From the IMG/VR virus record IMGVR_UViG_3300045988_112808: DNA of 64,000 nucleotides; one strand, written 5' to 3'. The translations under genes and the position numbers were made by a program. The notes below the pieces were generated by a model, which searched no databases, had not been told where the DNA came from, and was given only the letters and a program-made list of their open reading frames with translations. Positions 1 to 10,202 of the stretch are shown piece after piece; within the stretch, counting starts at the first letter, position 1, and each line of letters starts with the position of its first letter. Origin of the DNA: a virus.

Positions 1-11
1 AACTTATCAAT

Positions 12-3000
12 ATGGCATCTGAGGGAAGTTACAAAGCTGCGTTAAACACTAACATGGATAAGTTTGTAGGTGATCTTGACCAGCAAATAGACATGCTTCT
101 TCCCCATTATTACAAGAAAGAGGTAGAAGATTATAATTTCGGTCAGAAGCTTTTTAAGGATACCGGTAATTTCTTATGGAATGACGTCCTTGGTAATGGT
201 ATGTCTTTTACCGTAGGAGCCATGATATCAGCGTACATGACCGGAGGACTTGGGGTTGGATCATTGGGCAATATAGGCGCTAAATTAGGTGGAAGAATCG
301 GAGCTAAGTTGGCAGCAAGGCAAGCTGCCAATAGGGGCATAGGAAACCTTAAAAGCGTGTTTAACGACTATGTAAGAAAAGGAGTTGCCACCGGAAGAAA
401 TGTAGGGGAGGCGGCTAAGACCATGACGTTGCTGGCTACCAGTGCCGGATTCGAGTCATCGGTTGAAGCAAATTCTTTTATGAAGCAATCCGAGTCTGAT
501 TTCAAGGATTATTATCGTAAGATTTATGGTCGTGATCCCAATGCAGAGGAAATGGCTGTTTTTCGTAATTCTAATGCTGATGTAGGTAGTGCTATATTTG
601 CCGCCAATATGGGTATAGTAGGATTATCCAACTGGCTTCTTTTTGGTAAGTATATAGGGTTAGGAGGCAAGGCTATACCTGGTTTGGAAAAGAAGCTCAA
701 CAAGCATTTATTTGGATTAGGGACGGAAGTTGCGAAGCCGGGAGAGATGGCTATTAAAATAACCAATCCCAATATAGGACAGAAGATAGCAGGCAATGTT
801 TTCAATATCATGAAAAGACCGGTATCTGAAGGATTATGGGAAGAAGGATCTCAAGGTGCTGTCCAGAATACGGCTGAGGAATATGTTAAGTCAAGATATG
901 ACAATGTTGCTATGAACGGGGCCGTTGATGTTCTTGATGCTATTTCTGAAGGATTTAAAAAACAATATACGTCTAAAGAAGGATGGACTGAAATAGGAAT
1001 CGGTGCTATTATCGGTTCTTTGTTTGGTATGAGGGAAGGCCTCTTTGGAGTGAAAGAGTATAGTAATAATCAGATATTGCTGGAAAGGCAAGTAAATGAA
1101 TATAACAAAGCATCTTCTAATCTTAATACGGCGGCTTTGAATACGTTGAAAAAGTCAATGAGTTTAGGGCCTCAAGTTCGTTCCGATGCTCAGTCTATGA
1201 CCGGCAAGGAGCTTGATGATGCAATGTTTGAAAAGATGTCGATTGACAACCAAATGGGAACCTTAGAGGATTCGGCTGAAAATTTCAGGCAGATGGTTGA
1301 TATGATGCCTATTTCGGAAATAGCCGAAGCCAACGGAATGTCTTTGGAAGAGGCAAAGAAATACAAGGATTCTATTATTGATAATTATAATAATCGTCTT
1401 TCGGATTTCAGATCTGCCCAGAGTTTTGCCGAAGATCTTATAGGTGATGATTCTAAGATTGAGTTTAGAAAATACGTGGCTCGTAATGCTTTTCTTGGTC
1501 TTCAATCGGAATCAAGAATGAAAGACATAGCTTCTGTCATAGAAACGCTTTCGGGTCAGCCTCGCGTGGCATATGCACTAAGTACGTTCTCCCGGCTGTC
1601 GGACAGGGCAAGGGAGCGGGCGATGGCTATCCGTGGCATACGGTCAAGGATAGAAGAGCTTGAATCCGAAATAGAAGATCTTGCTACTCGTCCTCGTAAC
1701 GTAGATGGAAAAGACCCACAAGCTGAATCCATACAACGAAAAACCAAAGAATTGGAAGATCTTAGAACCAATTATAACAATTCGTTGTCTGAGTTATCAA
1801 CGTTAATAGGAAAAGAGTTTTCGATAGAAGAGTTGGTAAGTAAAACCGAATCTGTTTTATCATCGCCTCTTTCTCCCATAAGTTCACAAGATGTAATAGA
1901 AGCCTATGATACGCTTGTGGCTTTTGATGATTATTTTAATGTAAAATCAAGACAGGAAAAGAAGTTTACAGCCAAAGACAAAGCCATGAGATCCTTGGTA
2001 AATGAATACCGAAGGAGTTTGATGGACTATAGGAATATGAATAACTTCTTGTCTAAGATGCTTGATAAAAGATTCTTAGCTGAGGAAAACAGGGGATTTT
2101 CAAAAGCGCTGTCTTCTCTATGGTCTACTCCTTATAAGGGGGATGATAAGGTTCCTGATTTTGCAGAGCCTAATAAAGTTGGTGAATATGACACTGATGA
2201 GGTAGTAGATCAAGCTGTGTCAGAAGGTAAGATTTCGGAAGACGAAGCTTGGACTATCAAGGCTTTTATGCATGCTCTTGATAAAGTAAGGGAAGATAGG
2301 ATGAAGGAAGCAGAAGACGATATAAAAGAGTCACCGCTTACGGAGTCTGTATCGGATGAAGATTATGAGGCTGCTATGGATAATCCTATTATGGTTCCGG
2401 TTGTAAGGCAGTCTATAATTGATAAACTATATACAGGTAATGCCGATCTTCTTACTGCGAGAGAAAAAGATGTGTATGATAAATACAAACAAGATTTTGA
2501 TGATTATGTATCGTCTTTAGGTGATAGTCCTGTTAATCTCATTAAATCATTATCTGAAAAGGCTGACAGGCTTACAAGTCCGAGATCAGTATATGAGGAA
2601 AATAAAGCTATTATTGATATGGCTAAGTCTAATTTGGAGCCAGATCAAAGAAAGGAGCTTGATGATGCTATTTCTTCGTATGTTGATATAATGAACAGAC
2701 GGGATAAAGGGGAGAAGGTTGACGAAGATAAGCTTGCCGATTCGGTATTTACCATAGAAGATCTTGGCCAAGTTGGAAACATCACAGATCTCCTTCCTTA
2801 TATCGAACAAAACAGGATTATTGATAAAGGTCGTATTTCCGAATCTACGTTAAGTAATTTTGGGGAGGATGATGCTAATATAGATTCTCTTGTAAATGAG
2901 TTAGACGAATCTGATAATACACCTGGAGCTAACATAGATAGTGCCCAGAATCCAGAGACGTTGATGGTAAGAAGAATCTCCAATGATGGCAATGAAAGGT

Positions 3001-6000
3001 ATGAAATTGCAGGTCTTAGAGCTGATAAATTTATATCTTCTATAAAATCATTGGTTCCTATTCAAATAAGCTCTGAAACGAACGCTAATGGTACTAAAAG
3101 GTATTCTCTTAACATAGGTGGAGAAACGGCTACTATAATTGAACTGCCTTATCATGCGAGATGGTCTATAGACAAAGAATCGGCTCGTGTTCTTAACCGT
3201 TACACAGACGTGTCTATTCAGGACGTGGGTAATTCCTATTCTTTGGTTTATAAGCGTCTTGATTCAGATGAGTTGGTTCCGTACAGAACAGGTGTCGGAT
3301 TTGGAGAGAATGAGGTAGATAAAATAGATCAGGAAGCATTATCTTCTTTGAAAAAAGGAGATAAGGTTAATCTCGAAATAGATGTAAATGATACCTATAA
3401 TCAGTCTCTTTTTGCCGAATACAATGATGCTGTTCAGTCCGGAGATAAAAAAAGAATAGAATCTGCTGAAAATAAACTGGTATCCAATATGGTTATCAAG
3501 GTCATGAGTGGAAACAGATTCGTTTCTGTTGTAAAAGCTGACACAGGGGGCATAGATGGTATAAGTAAGATAAGAAGAGCGGCTTTCAACAAGTGGAAGA
3601 AGGACGCCGGCCGGTCGGCTACCATCGGCGTCGGCACGCATGTTGTTGCCCAGACCCTTCCCGGAAGACCGGTGTTTAACATGAAGGTAAACGGTCAAGG
3701 ATATGGCCAGGTAGAAAATCTCCCCATTACCGAAAAAGGTGCTGAAAAAGTATCTGATGTCGGATATGTATTAAATGGCAAAGTCGTGCTTAAGAACGGA
3801 TCTAAATACACAGGCTTCCCATTTGCTTATTCTATATTAAATGACAAGGGGAATAATTACAAAAATGTAAGAGTTCCGGTAGTTGTCATCAAAGGTAAAA
3901 ACGGTCTTAATTATCTTTTCCCAGTTAGTCTACGTTCTGTAGAATCAGAGGAAGGGCAGAAATGGATGTCTTTTATAGATATGCTACTTGAATCTGGTGA
4001 TTCTGAATTGCTACAGATGGGTCAAGATGATATACAAGATCTTAATGCGTATCTAACCAAGTTAGGTCTTGATCCGGCTTCGTATCAAGTATCGTATTTG
4101 AATCCTATTTCAGGTCTTAGAAAAGCTCGTGAGGCTATAGAAGAATTATCTACAGTTCCTGATGTTGTTAAGTGGGTAGAAGATGGAAGTAGGAGCGTGA
4201 AAGACATTGTGACGTCTGAAGTAGAATCTGGAATAGATTTCGAAGGTGAGATGTTTGTTGCTCCTAAGATCAGGATCCAGTTTGGTAAATCATCTTCAAG
4301 ACCTAAATCACTTATAGAGGATGATCTTCCTTTCTCTGATGAGGGTAAGACCGTTACTTCTAAGGAAGACGTGGAAGTTTATGAAGAGGAAATGCCAGAG
4401 GAAGGGGCTGCCCGGGAGACTCAGCCGGCGCCATTAGCTCAGCCGGCTCCTGCGGCACAAGATGCGCAGTCTTTACCTGGCAAGAAGCGTACCTCCAGGA
4501 AAAACTTCTCTCTTATGTTAAACGAAATAGAATCTCATATAGAAAAAGAGGGATTGCCGCCTTATGCTAATATTTTTGATTTTATAGCAAGGAAGATTGT
4601 AGGAGGTGATTTGAGGTTTCTTCGTGAGAGAGGTAATCCTAAAAGCCTTAAGGAGGAAATGGGATTAGAACCTAAAGGAACAGTAGGTGATAAAATATCC
4701 ACTCCTTCCGGTAAAGGTGGTAAGACTTTAGAAGAATACGTTTCTTGGCTTCGTTCTCAAACAGATCAGGTAGTCGAGGATTATGTTGGGCCAAGATCTG
4801 ACGAACAAATTATATCAGAGTTGAAAAACTTTTTGAAATATATTAATTTTGTTCCAAGCAAGGCTTTGAATTATTCTCTTAGAGTCAATGGCATGGATAC
4901 CCTAAAAGAATATGGCACAAAAGAGGAAGTAGAAAAAATGGAATCTGATATCAATAGTTTGGTTTCTAAAGTTTTGCCTACGATGGACAACCAAACTATA
5001 GAAGATGTTTCTACTGTAATAAAATCAAACAACTTGCCCGCCATATGGGGGCCCGTGGAAAGCCTTGATATGACAAACGAGGAAAAAATAGAGTTTTTGA
5101 ATAACGTAGCAGATTTCCTTAGCGGCATACCAGAGTATGATGCTGTCGTGGAGTCTATAGAGTCAGAATCAGATAATATTTTAAATGATGGAAAAGAAGG
5201 AAGTGCAGAAGGCGGTGCAGTACGCACTGAGGAAGATGGCGATAAAAAGGGAGATGGAGAAGGCAAAGGACAATCCAGAACAAATGTCGAAGTTGAAAGA
5301 AATGTCGAATTACCTGGATCTGAAGAAGGAAGAGTAGATAACTATAGGAAGAACGGAGATAAGTTCTCTGACATTGCTGAAGTTACTTTATGGCTACTTA
5401 GAAGGGCTGCCGGCATAACCTCTATCCCGGAAGGAGAAGAGGCTTATGTAGAGGGAGATGAGGTTAATAGTATTATGACCGATATGGAATCAAGGTATGG
5501 TATAGACACCATCAATCACTCGCATACGACTAAGGCTATAAGGGATCTTAACGGCGTATCAGGTTATAAAGTAGAATACGGCTTAACCTTTTTGACATAC
5601 GATCCTTTTATTAGAATATCCAATCTAAGGAAAGGATCTAAGGCTGCGAAAGACGAACCTCGTATATCCGAAGAGTCGCTTACTCACATATCAAGGGTGA
5701 CAACCCCTTATTTCCTGTACGGCGGCGATGAAGCATATACATCTGTTCCGGCTAAGGTAGAACCTATACCGGAGAAGATAATGGGTCGTAATGGCATTAA
5801 ATTTGGTATGAGTGTAGTCGAGTTAACCAAATTAGGGTACAAAAAAGCTGGTGGAAACTGGATATATAAATTCTATATGAACTCAGGTGTGTATGATTTG
5901 TATAATATCAGTACCGGTGAAGCGTTTAGGGCAAAACCGGATCTTGGAGTTAAGATAAGTTCCAGTGCATTCATCCGCTCTTTATCTCAATCTGGTAGAA

Positions 6001-6113
6001 AAATACAAAATATGATGAGTAACATGAGTCAGGAAGAGATAGATAGGAATAAGAATCTTGTAGAAGGTTCTGATAATTCGGATTCGATAAATGAGTTAAA
6101 TAAAGAGTGTTGA
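12..6113 (+). CDS. giant virion-associated/ejected-type protein (2033 aa), function unassigned; may be 5'-truncated by the window edge
   Basis: Single uninterrupted 6.1-kb ORF; the frame stays open back to base 3 of the window. Gly-rich hydrophobic segment near the N-terminus (GGLGVGSLGNIGAKLGG), long acidic/coiled-coil stretches, PA-rich linker (QPAPLAQPAPAAQ). The virion/cargo role is inferred from size and context only. Confidence 0.85.
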   Translation: MASEGSYKAALNTNMDKFVGDLDQQIDMLLPHYYKKEVEDYNFGQKLFKDTGNFLWNDVLGNGMSFTVGAMISAYMTGGLGVGSLGNIGAKLGGRIGAKLAARQAANRGIGNLKSVFNDYVRKGVATGRNVGEAAKTMTLLATSAGFESSVEANSFMKQSESDFKDYYRKIYGRDPNAEEMAVFRNSNADVGSAIFAANMGIVGLSNWLLFGKYIGLGGKAIPGLEKKLNKHLFGLGTEVAKPGEMAIKITNPNIGQKIAGNVFNIMKRPVSEGLWEEGSQGAVQNTAEEYVKSRYDNVAMNGAVDVLDAISEGFKKQYTSKEGWTEIGIGAIIGSLFGMREGLFGVKEYSNNQILLERQVNEYNKASSNLNTAALNTLKKSMSLGPQVRSDAQSMTGKELDDAMFEKMSIDNQMGTLEDSAENFRQMVDMMPISEIAEANGMSLEEAKKYKDSIIDNYNNRLSDFRSAQSFAEDLIGDDSKIEFRKYVARNAFLGLQSESRMKDIASVIETLSGQPRVAYALSTFSRLSDRARERAMAIRGIRSRIEELESEIEDLATRPRNVDGKDPQAESIQRKTKELEDLRTNYNNSLSELSTLIGKEFSIEELVSKTESVLSSPLSPISSQDVIEAYDTLVAFDDYFNVKSRQEKKFTAKDKAMRSLVNEYRRSLMDYRNMNNFLSKMLDKRFLAEENRGFSKALSSLWSTPYKGDDKVPDFAEPNKVGEYDTDEVVDQAVSEGKISEDEAWTIKAFMHALDKVREDRMKEAEDDIKESPLTESVSDEDYEAAMDNPIMVPVVRQSIIDKLYTGNADLLTAREKDVYDKYKQDFDDYVSSLGDSPVNLIKSLSEKADRLTSPRSVYEENKAIIDMAKSNLEPDQRKELDDAISSYVDIMNRRDKGEKVDEDKLADSVFTIEDLGQVGNITDLLPYIEQNRIIDKGRISESTLSNFGEDDANIDSLVNELDESDNTPGANIDSAQNPETLMVRRISNDGNERYEIAGLRADKFISSIKSLVPIQISSETNANGTKRYSLNIGGETATIIELPYHARWSIDKESARVLNRYTDVSIQDVGNSYSLVYKRLDSDELVPYRTGVGFGENEVDKIDQEALSSLKKGDKVNLEIDVNDTYNQSLFAEYNDAVQSGDKKRIESAENKLVSNMVIKVMSGNRFVSVVKADTGGIDGISKIRRAAFNKWKKDAGRSATIGVGTHVVAQTLPGRPVFNMKVNGQGYGQVENLPITEKGAEKVSDVGYVLNGKVVLKNGSKYTGFPFAYSILNDKGNNYKNVRVPVVVIKGKNGLNYLFPVSLRSVESEEGQKWMSFIDMLLESGDSELLQMGQDDIQDLNAYLTKLGLDPASYQVSYLNPISGLRKAREAIEELSTVPDVVKWVEDGSRSVKDIVTSEVESGIDFEGEMFVAPKIRIQFGKSSSRPKSLIEDDLPFSDEGKTVTSKEDVEVYEEEMPEEGAARETQPAPLAQPAPAAQDAQSLPGKKRTSRKNFSLMLNEIESHIEKEGLPPYANIFDFIARKIVGGDLRFLRERGNPKSLKEEMGLEPKGTVGDKISTPSGKGGKTLEEYVSWLRSQTDQVVEDYVGPRSDEQIISELKNFLKYINFVPSKALNYSLRVNGMDTLKEYGTKEEVEKMESDINSLVSKVLPTMDNQTIEDVSTVIKSNNLPAIWGPVESLDMTNEEKIEFLNNVADFLSGIPEYDAVVESIESESDNILNDGKEGSAEGGAVRTEEDGDKKGDGEGKGQSRTNVEVERNVELPGSEEGRVDNYRKNGDKFSDIAEVTLWLLRRAAGITSIPEGEEAYVEGDEVNSIMTDMESRYGIDTINHSHTTKAIRDLNGVSGYKVEYGLTFLTYDPFIRISNLRKGSKAAKDEPRISEESLTHISRVTTPYFLYGGDEAYTSVPAKVEPIPEKIMGRNGIKFGMSVVELTKLGYKKAGGNWIYKFYMNSGVYDLYNISTGEAFRAKPDLGVKISSSAFIRSLSQSGRKIQNMMSNMSQEEIDRNKNLVEGSDNSDSINELNKEC

Positions 6114-6115
6114 GT

Positions 6116-6646
6116 ATGAGAAGGAGATTTTTTAATGCTGCGGATAATTTCGTGGGAGGATGTTATAATAAGTTATCTAATGAGGATATAAAAAGGCTTG
6201 GAGGGAAAAGACCTTATGTATGTCAGTTTAATAAAATTCATGTACATATAGGACCTGTGTTAAAAGATCATGATTCTGATGTTAGTTACATAATGTTTAA
6301 TAGTTATTGGAATCAGGGTGGTTATGAATCTATGGTTTATAATCATAGCAATAATGGTATTTTTATATTAGGTGAAAACAAAATTGGTAACATAGAAGAT
6401 CATATACAAGATCTAACATATTGGTACGAATATGATCCAAGCATTAATGAAAATTATTGTTATTTTTATTATGAGGCTAATAACAGCGGAAATGCTATCA
6501 AGTTGAATGGTGAGTTTGGTGAGACCAGTACTGTTTTCAACATTCCCAGCTTGGAAGTCACCACTCTTCGTGATGGCAGTTTGAGTTTTCCGGAGATTTA
6601 TATAGAAGGAATTTGGGATCCGTCATTGTATAAGTCGGTTTTATAA
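6116..6646 (+). CDS. small protein with N-terminal MRRRF motif (176 aa from the ATG at 6116)
   Basis: The ORF track starts at GTG 6107; the ATG at 6116 gives MRRRFFNAADN. It lies 2 nt after the giant ORF stop. The same MRRRF start occurs at 20542 and 21164. Confidence 0.7.
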   Translation: MRRRFFNAADNFVGGCYNKLSNEDIKRLGGKRPYVCQFNKIHVHIGPVLKDHDSDVSYIMFNSYWNQGGYESMVYNHSNNGIFILGENKIGNIEDHIQDLTYWYEYDPSINENYCYFYYEANNSGNAIKLNGEFGETSTVFNIPSLEVTTLRDGSLSFPEIYIEGIWDPSLYKSVL

Positions 6647-6655
6647 TTAACTTTG
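6627..6655 (+). promoter_or_regulatory. candidate Bacteroidota-type promoter (TTG-N18-TAacTTTG)
   Basis: TAACTTTG at 6648-6655 matches the TAnnTTTG -7 box, 17 nt before ATG 6673. It overlaps a 10-bp perfect palindrome (6645-6654 / 6660-6669). Confidence 0.4.
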
Positions 6656-6672
6656 CAAAAAAGTTAATTACA

Positions 6673-8928
6673 ATGGGTGTCAAATGTCAGATAGAAAAAA
6701 AGGAAAATGAAATAAAACGGGTTAAGGCTCCTAACGGGGAGCCTTCCGTTCTTTACGAAAGTGCCTTAAAATTATTAGGAAACAGCGAGCGGGCTCTTCA
6801 GGTATGGGCTAAGGCTTACACTCTTGGTTTTTTGTCGTATTACGGTCATTGGAATAACCCGGCTCCAGGGGAGATGTTTAACACCGATCCCAATGGCGAA
6901 CCTCTTTTAGAAGACGTGCTGTCGTATATGAAGCGTCAGGCTTATTTTTCCGATCCCTTAACGGCTCAGGATGTTAAGGATGTAAGAGATGTTATGATAT
7001 CCAATTCCATATATAGCATACGATCTCTTATTAATAGAGTTAGAGGCTCTTTTTATGTGGATGGTAATCTTATCCTAAATGAAGAAAATCTAAGGAGATC
7101 CGGCTTGTACAATGAGACAGAGATAAGTAGGATATTAGATAATCCTTCTGTACTTAATGAGGTCAGCTCTTTTATGAGGTTATTATTAGATTATTCCAAT
7201 AACGAACACGATCTCGGGAAAGAGTCTTACTTCACAACCGTAGAAAAACCATACGGTCCTGTTGTGTATAAAAATGGCGTCTTCAATAAATTAGGAAAGA
7301 GAGCATCATATAATCCGGCTGAAGTTTACGAGGTTATAAAAAATACAGTAGGAGGTATTAGTGTTGCTTCAGAGTTTGATGCTGCTTTCGAATCTTTATC
7401 TGATTCATATCCGGAGTTAGTTGAAAGATATCAGTCGGATAAGAGTTTTGCCTTGTCGCTGTTCAACGAATTTTCGAATATGAACATCGTTCCGGTTGTG
7501 GCTTTAGAAGATAATAATATCGTAGAAGGGAAGAGACGGTCATTGTCAAAGTTGCAAGATTATGCTTATTATAGCCCTATTAATGCTGAGTCATTACGGG
7601 CTCGTATATCAGCCTTTCTAAATAGGGTTAATGCTGATACAGAAGAAGACCTTAGAAGTATGATATGGGACGTAGAAGAGGCTTGTGTAGGTCTTGGTAT
7701 AGATATCGTAGGGGCGTCTAAAGCATACGACGGAACAGAAGAATCGCTGAATAAAATTGATAGCTTGATGTTGGATCTCGATATTTATGTAGCAAGGCAC
7801 AACGATGACACTTATGCTCCTACCTTAGCTTCTGCTATTGATAATGTTCTTGGAGATAGCAGGGATCGCCGTGTTATGTTTCTGCCAGAGTATATGGATA
7901 ATATGAATATCGTTTATATGGAATCTGACATAGATCCGGTATCGGCATTTGAAAATCATTCTCTGCTTTATCTTGGTGGAAACCTATATCATAAGGTAGA
8001 AAGAGATAATTTAGGTGATTTGTACGATATAGCTGCCGAGCTTGCCAAGCGGAGTCTAACTTATTTCCCACCTGGTATCTATCCTGAATATTGTTTTAAG
8101 GATGGTGTTTTAGATAAGCGCCGCGTGGAAAACGTAGATAGTAAGGTCCTTGCTGATTCTATTAAAAAATACATCCTGTCTTATACCGATTCTCAGAATA
8201 CGGAAGAGATGAATGCTACCAGATTGGCGTTCGGTCATCTTGTTATTCCTGAAAGTCCGTATGTTAATGAAGAACGGGAGTTTAGCCGATACATAAACAG
8301 AAAGCAGGACAAAGAGAATCCTTTACTCTTATTCGATTTATACCAATCTTATCTTGAAAATAAGCTTCATAATACGGAAGTGTATGAAGGGGCATACAAG
8401 TATCTTGATTTCAAACCGGATCATTTGCTGGGTCTTACCGTTTCAGATCCGGATACGTTAAAACAAATTGAACTATCTTTGGCAGGTAATGATCGTGAGC
8501 AGTTATTTGAGTATAGCATGAGCAGCACCGATCCTTCTTTTACAGATCTGTTCTATTTGGATTATTATGATATGTTATATGCCGGTTCTGATTTCTATCA
8601 CGATCTTTTTACAAAACATCCTAATCTCTTAAATGAGGTTCGGGGTCATAACATAACTAATCAGGATGATAATGTTATCGTAGAAGGTTTGTATGATAAT
8701 TTTATCAGAATAGGAAACATAGTGTTCACTAAAGTCGGCGAAAGTAGTTCCGGCTCTATCTACCAAAATCTGACAGGAACCGAATCGGAGGTGAAATACG
8801 ATTCTACTCAGAAGGCTAAGACGGTAGAAACCGATTACGCTCCATACCAAAACAGATCTGGCTTGACGCAAGATATGATCGTAAGCAAGTCTGAATTGGA
8901 TGATCTTAACAAATTAGAATGCAAATAA
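6673..8928 (+). CDS. large virion-block protein (751 aa), function unassigned
   Basis: Long ORF between the giant genes. Its N-terminal ~60 aa share a motif pattern with the N-terminus of the 2137-aa ORF (G-x-x-S-x-L-Y/F ... ERA ... F/Y-G-x-W). Confidence 0.85.
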   Translation: MGVKCQIEKKENEIKRVKAPNGEPSVLYESALKLLGNSERALQVWAKAYTLGFLSYYGHWNNPAPGEMFNTDPNGEPLLEDVLSYMKRQAYFSDPLTAQDVKDVRDVMISNSIYSIRSLINRVRGSFYVDGNLILNEENLRRSGLYNETEISRILDNPSVLNEVSSFMRLLLDYSNNEHDLGKESYFTTVEKPYGPVVYKNGVFNKLGKRASYNPAEVYEVIKNTVGGISVASEFDAAFESLSDSYPELVERYQSDKSFALSLFNEFSNMNIVPVVALEDNNIVEGKRRSLSKLQDYAYYSPINAESLRARISAFLNRVNADTEEDLRSMIWDVEEACVGLGIDIVGASKAYDGTEESLNKIDSLMLDLDIYVARHNDDTYAPTLASAIDNVLGDSRDRRVMFLPEYMDNMNIVYMESDIDPVSAFENHSLLYLGGNLYHKVERDNLGDLYDIAAELAKRSLTYFPPGIYPEYCFKDGVLDKRRVENVDSKVLADSIKKYILSYTDSQNTEEMNATRLAFGHLVIPESPYVNEEREFSRYINRKQDKENPLLLFDLYQSYLENKLHNTEVYEGAYKYLDFKPDHLLGLTVSDPDTLKQIELSLAGNDREQLFEYSMSSTDPSFTDLFYLDYYDMLYAGSDFYHDLFTKHPNLLNEVRGHNITNQDDNVIVEGLYDNFIRIGNIVFTKVGESSSGSIYQNLTGTESEVKYDSTQKAKTVETDYAPYQNRSGLTQDMIVSKSELDDLNKLECK

Positions 8929-8970
8929 TTTTTGTACACATATATAGTTTTTTTATAATTACAATTTGGG

Positions 8971-9000
8971 AAGTGGGGCTTGTGAAAGTCTCACTTTTCT
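8971..9000 (+). terminator. rho-independent terminator candidate
   Basis: AAGTGGGGC (8971-8979) pairs with GTCTCACTT (8988-8996), including two G-U pairs. It is followed by TTCTT and lies 43 nt after stop 8928. Confidence 0.5.
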
Positions 9001-9068
9001 TATATATGCACGTATATCAATAACATACAAGAAAAGTTAGATTTTCATTGTTTATGAATTATTTTTGT

Positions 9069-9076
9069 TAAGTTTG
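9069..9076 (+). promoter_or_regulatory. candidate -7 promoter box TAagTTTG
   Basis: Matches TAnnTTTG in the intergenic region upstream of ORF 9151; the -33 element is weak. Confidence 0.3.
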
Positions 9077-9150
9077 CAATATTAGTTTCAGGAAGGGATT
9101 ATGGAAATAAGGAAAAAGTAAGAACCGAACGTAACTAATAACAGTAGGAA

Positions 9151-9348
9151 ATGAGAATCAGTACCATCAAACGTAACAACAGCATTCATCTTATGTATAA
9201 AAACATTATGAATGATTTAGGTCAATTAAGAACTGTAGTTTCAAAATCCTATATTTATAATCTGATACAAAATCAAACCGGATTAAGTATCAGAACTATA
9301 TCCCATGTCTTGAATCACACAAAAGAACAGGATACAGATTCTTTGTGA
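9151..9348 (+). CDS. small HTH-like protein (65 aa or shorter)
   Basis: The segment TGLSIRTISHVLNH resembles a helix-turn-helix recognition region. Followed by a hairpin terminator. The start is uncertain (internal Met at residues 15 and 20). Confidence 0.4.
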   Translation: MRISTIKRNNSIHLMYKNIMNDLGQLRTVVSKSYIYNLIQNQTGLSIRTISHVLNHTKEQDTDSL

Positions 9349-9431
9349 AAGGCATACATTTTCCTACATTTGTGTGTTCTTTAGTTTTTAGATTTAAGTT
9401 TTTCATGGTATTAGTTTAGATTAGTGTAGAT

Positions 9432-9466
9432 CAGGGCTCGCAGTGATGCGGGCCCTGGTTTGATTT
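9432..9466 (+). terminator. rho-independent terminator candidate
   Basis: CAGGGC-T-CGC ... GCG-G-GCCCTG stem (9432-9457) followed by GTTTGATTT. Confidence 0.55.
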
Positions 9467-9482
9467 AAAAAGTATTAAAATA

Positions 9483-9513
9483 TTTGCTATTTAAAATCCT
9501 GTTCCTATCTTTG
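9483..9513 (+). promoter_or_regulatory. Bacteroidota-type promoter (TTTG-N19-TAtcTTTG)
   Basis: TTTG at 9483-9486 and TATCTTTG at 9506-9513 with 19-nt spacing match the -33/-7 consensus. It would give a ~115-nt leader before ATG 9636. Confidence 0.55.
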
Positions 9514-9635
9514 CTCCAGAAACAATGAACAACGAGATCCCACCTCTGGTTGTTTGATGTTGAAAGATATTTTTGGCTCATTAGGGTTTGTCATAGTGGG
9601 ATCTGACATTCTCTTTTGGGCCTATTTTTTTTATC

Positions 9636-10202
9636 ATGGATAAAGTTTCTGTTTTTGAAAGTTCGGATTTTGGAGAGCTTAGAATTATTGTAGATCCAAA
9701 AGGAGATGTTTGGTTTGTGGCGTCAGATGTGGCTAAATCTCTTGGATATATAAATGCTAAAGATGCGGTAAAAAGACATGTAGATGATGATGATTCTATG
9801 CTTTTGCAAGTATCTGATAATCAATGGGGCGTAAAACGATCTATATTGAAAACCAGATATATAGATAGTATAAGAATAATTAATGAATCTGGTTTATATT
9901 CTCTTATATTATCTTCAAAATTAGAGTCTGCTAAGAGATTTAAGAAATGGGTAACATCTGAGGTTCTTCCTTCTATTCGTAAAACAGGAGAATATAAAAC
10001 AAGTTCCGGTGGAAAGGGAATTTTGGTCCCTGACTTTTCTAATCCGGCAGATGCAGCAAGAGCCTGGGCTGATCAATATGAAGCTGCTCAAAAAGCTATA
10101 GCCGAAAAGTCGCAGGCAGAGGCAGAAGCCGGCGTTCTGATGGGACGTACATGGGGTACGGTGGTGGTATTTACGACCATTACGGTATGCATGAGAAGAT
10201 GA
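9636..10202 (+). CDS. Bro-N domain protein (BRO/KilAC-type antirepressor family)
   Basis: N-terminal pattern FGELRIIV..G..WFVASDVAKSLGY....DAVKRHV ... INESGLYSLILSSKLESAKRFKKWVTSEVLPSIRKTGEY is the classic Bro-N signature. The last 17 codons overlap the next gene and look non-native. Confidence 0.85.
   Translation: MDKVSVFESSDFGELRIIVDPKGDVWFVASDVAKSLGYINAKDAVKRHVDDDDSMLLQVSDNQWGVKRSILKTRYIDSIRIINESGLYSLILSSKLESAKRFKKWVTSEVLPSIRKTGEYKTSSGGKGILVPDFSNPADAARAWADQYEAAQKAIAEKSQAEAEAGVLMGRTWGTVVVFTTITVCMRR

Noticed and set aside
9636-10202. Inferring a temperate lifestyle from the Bro-N (antirepressor-family) gene
   Set aside because: No integrase, repressor or attachment site is visible in the window, and Bro-N domains are common in strictly lytic phages.
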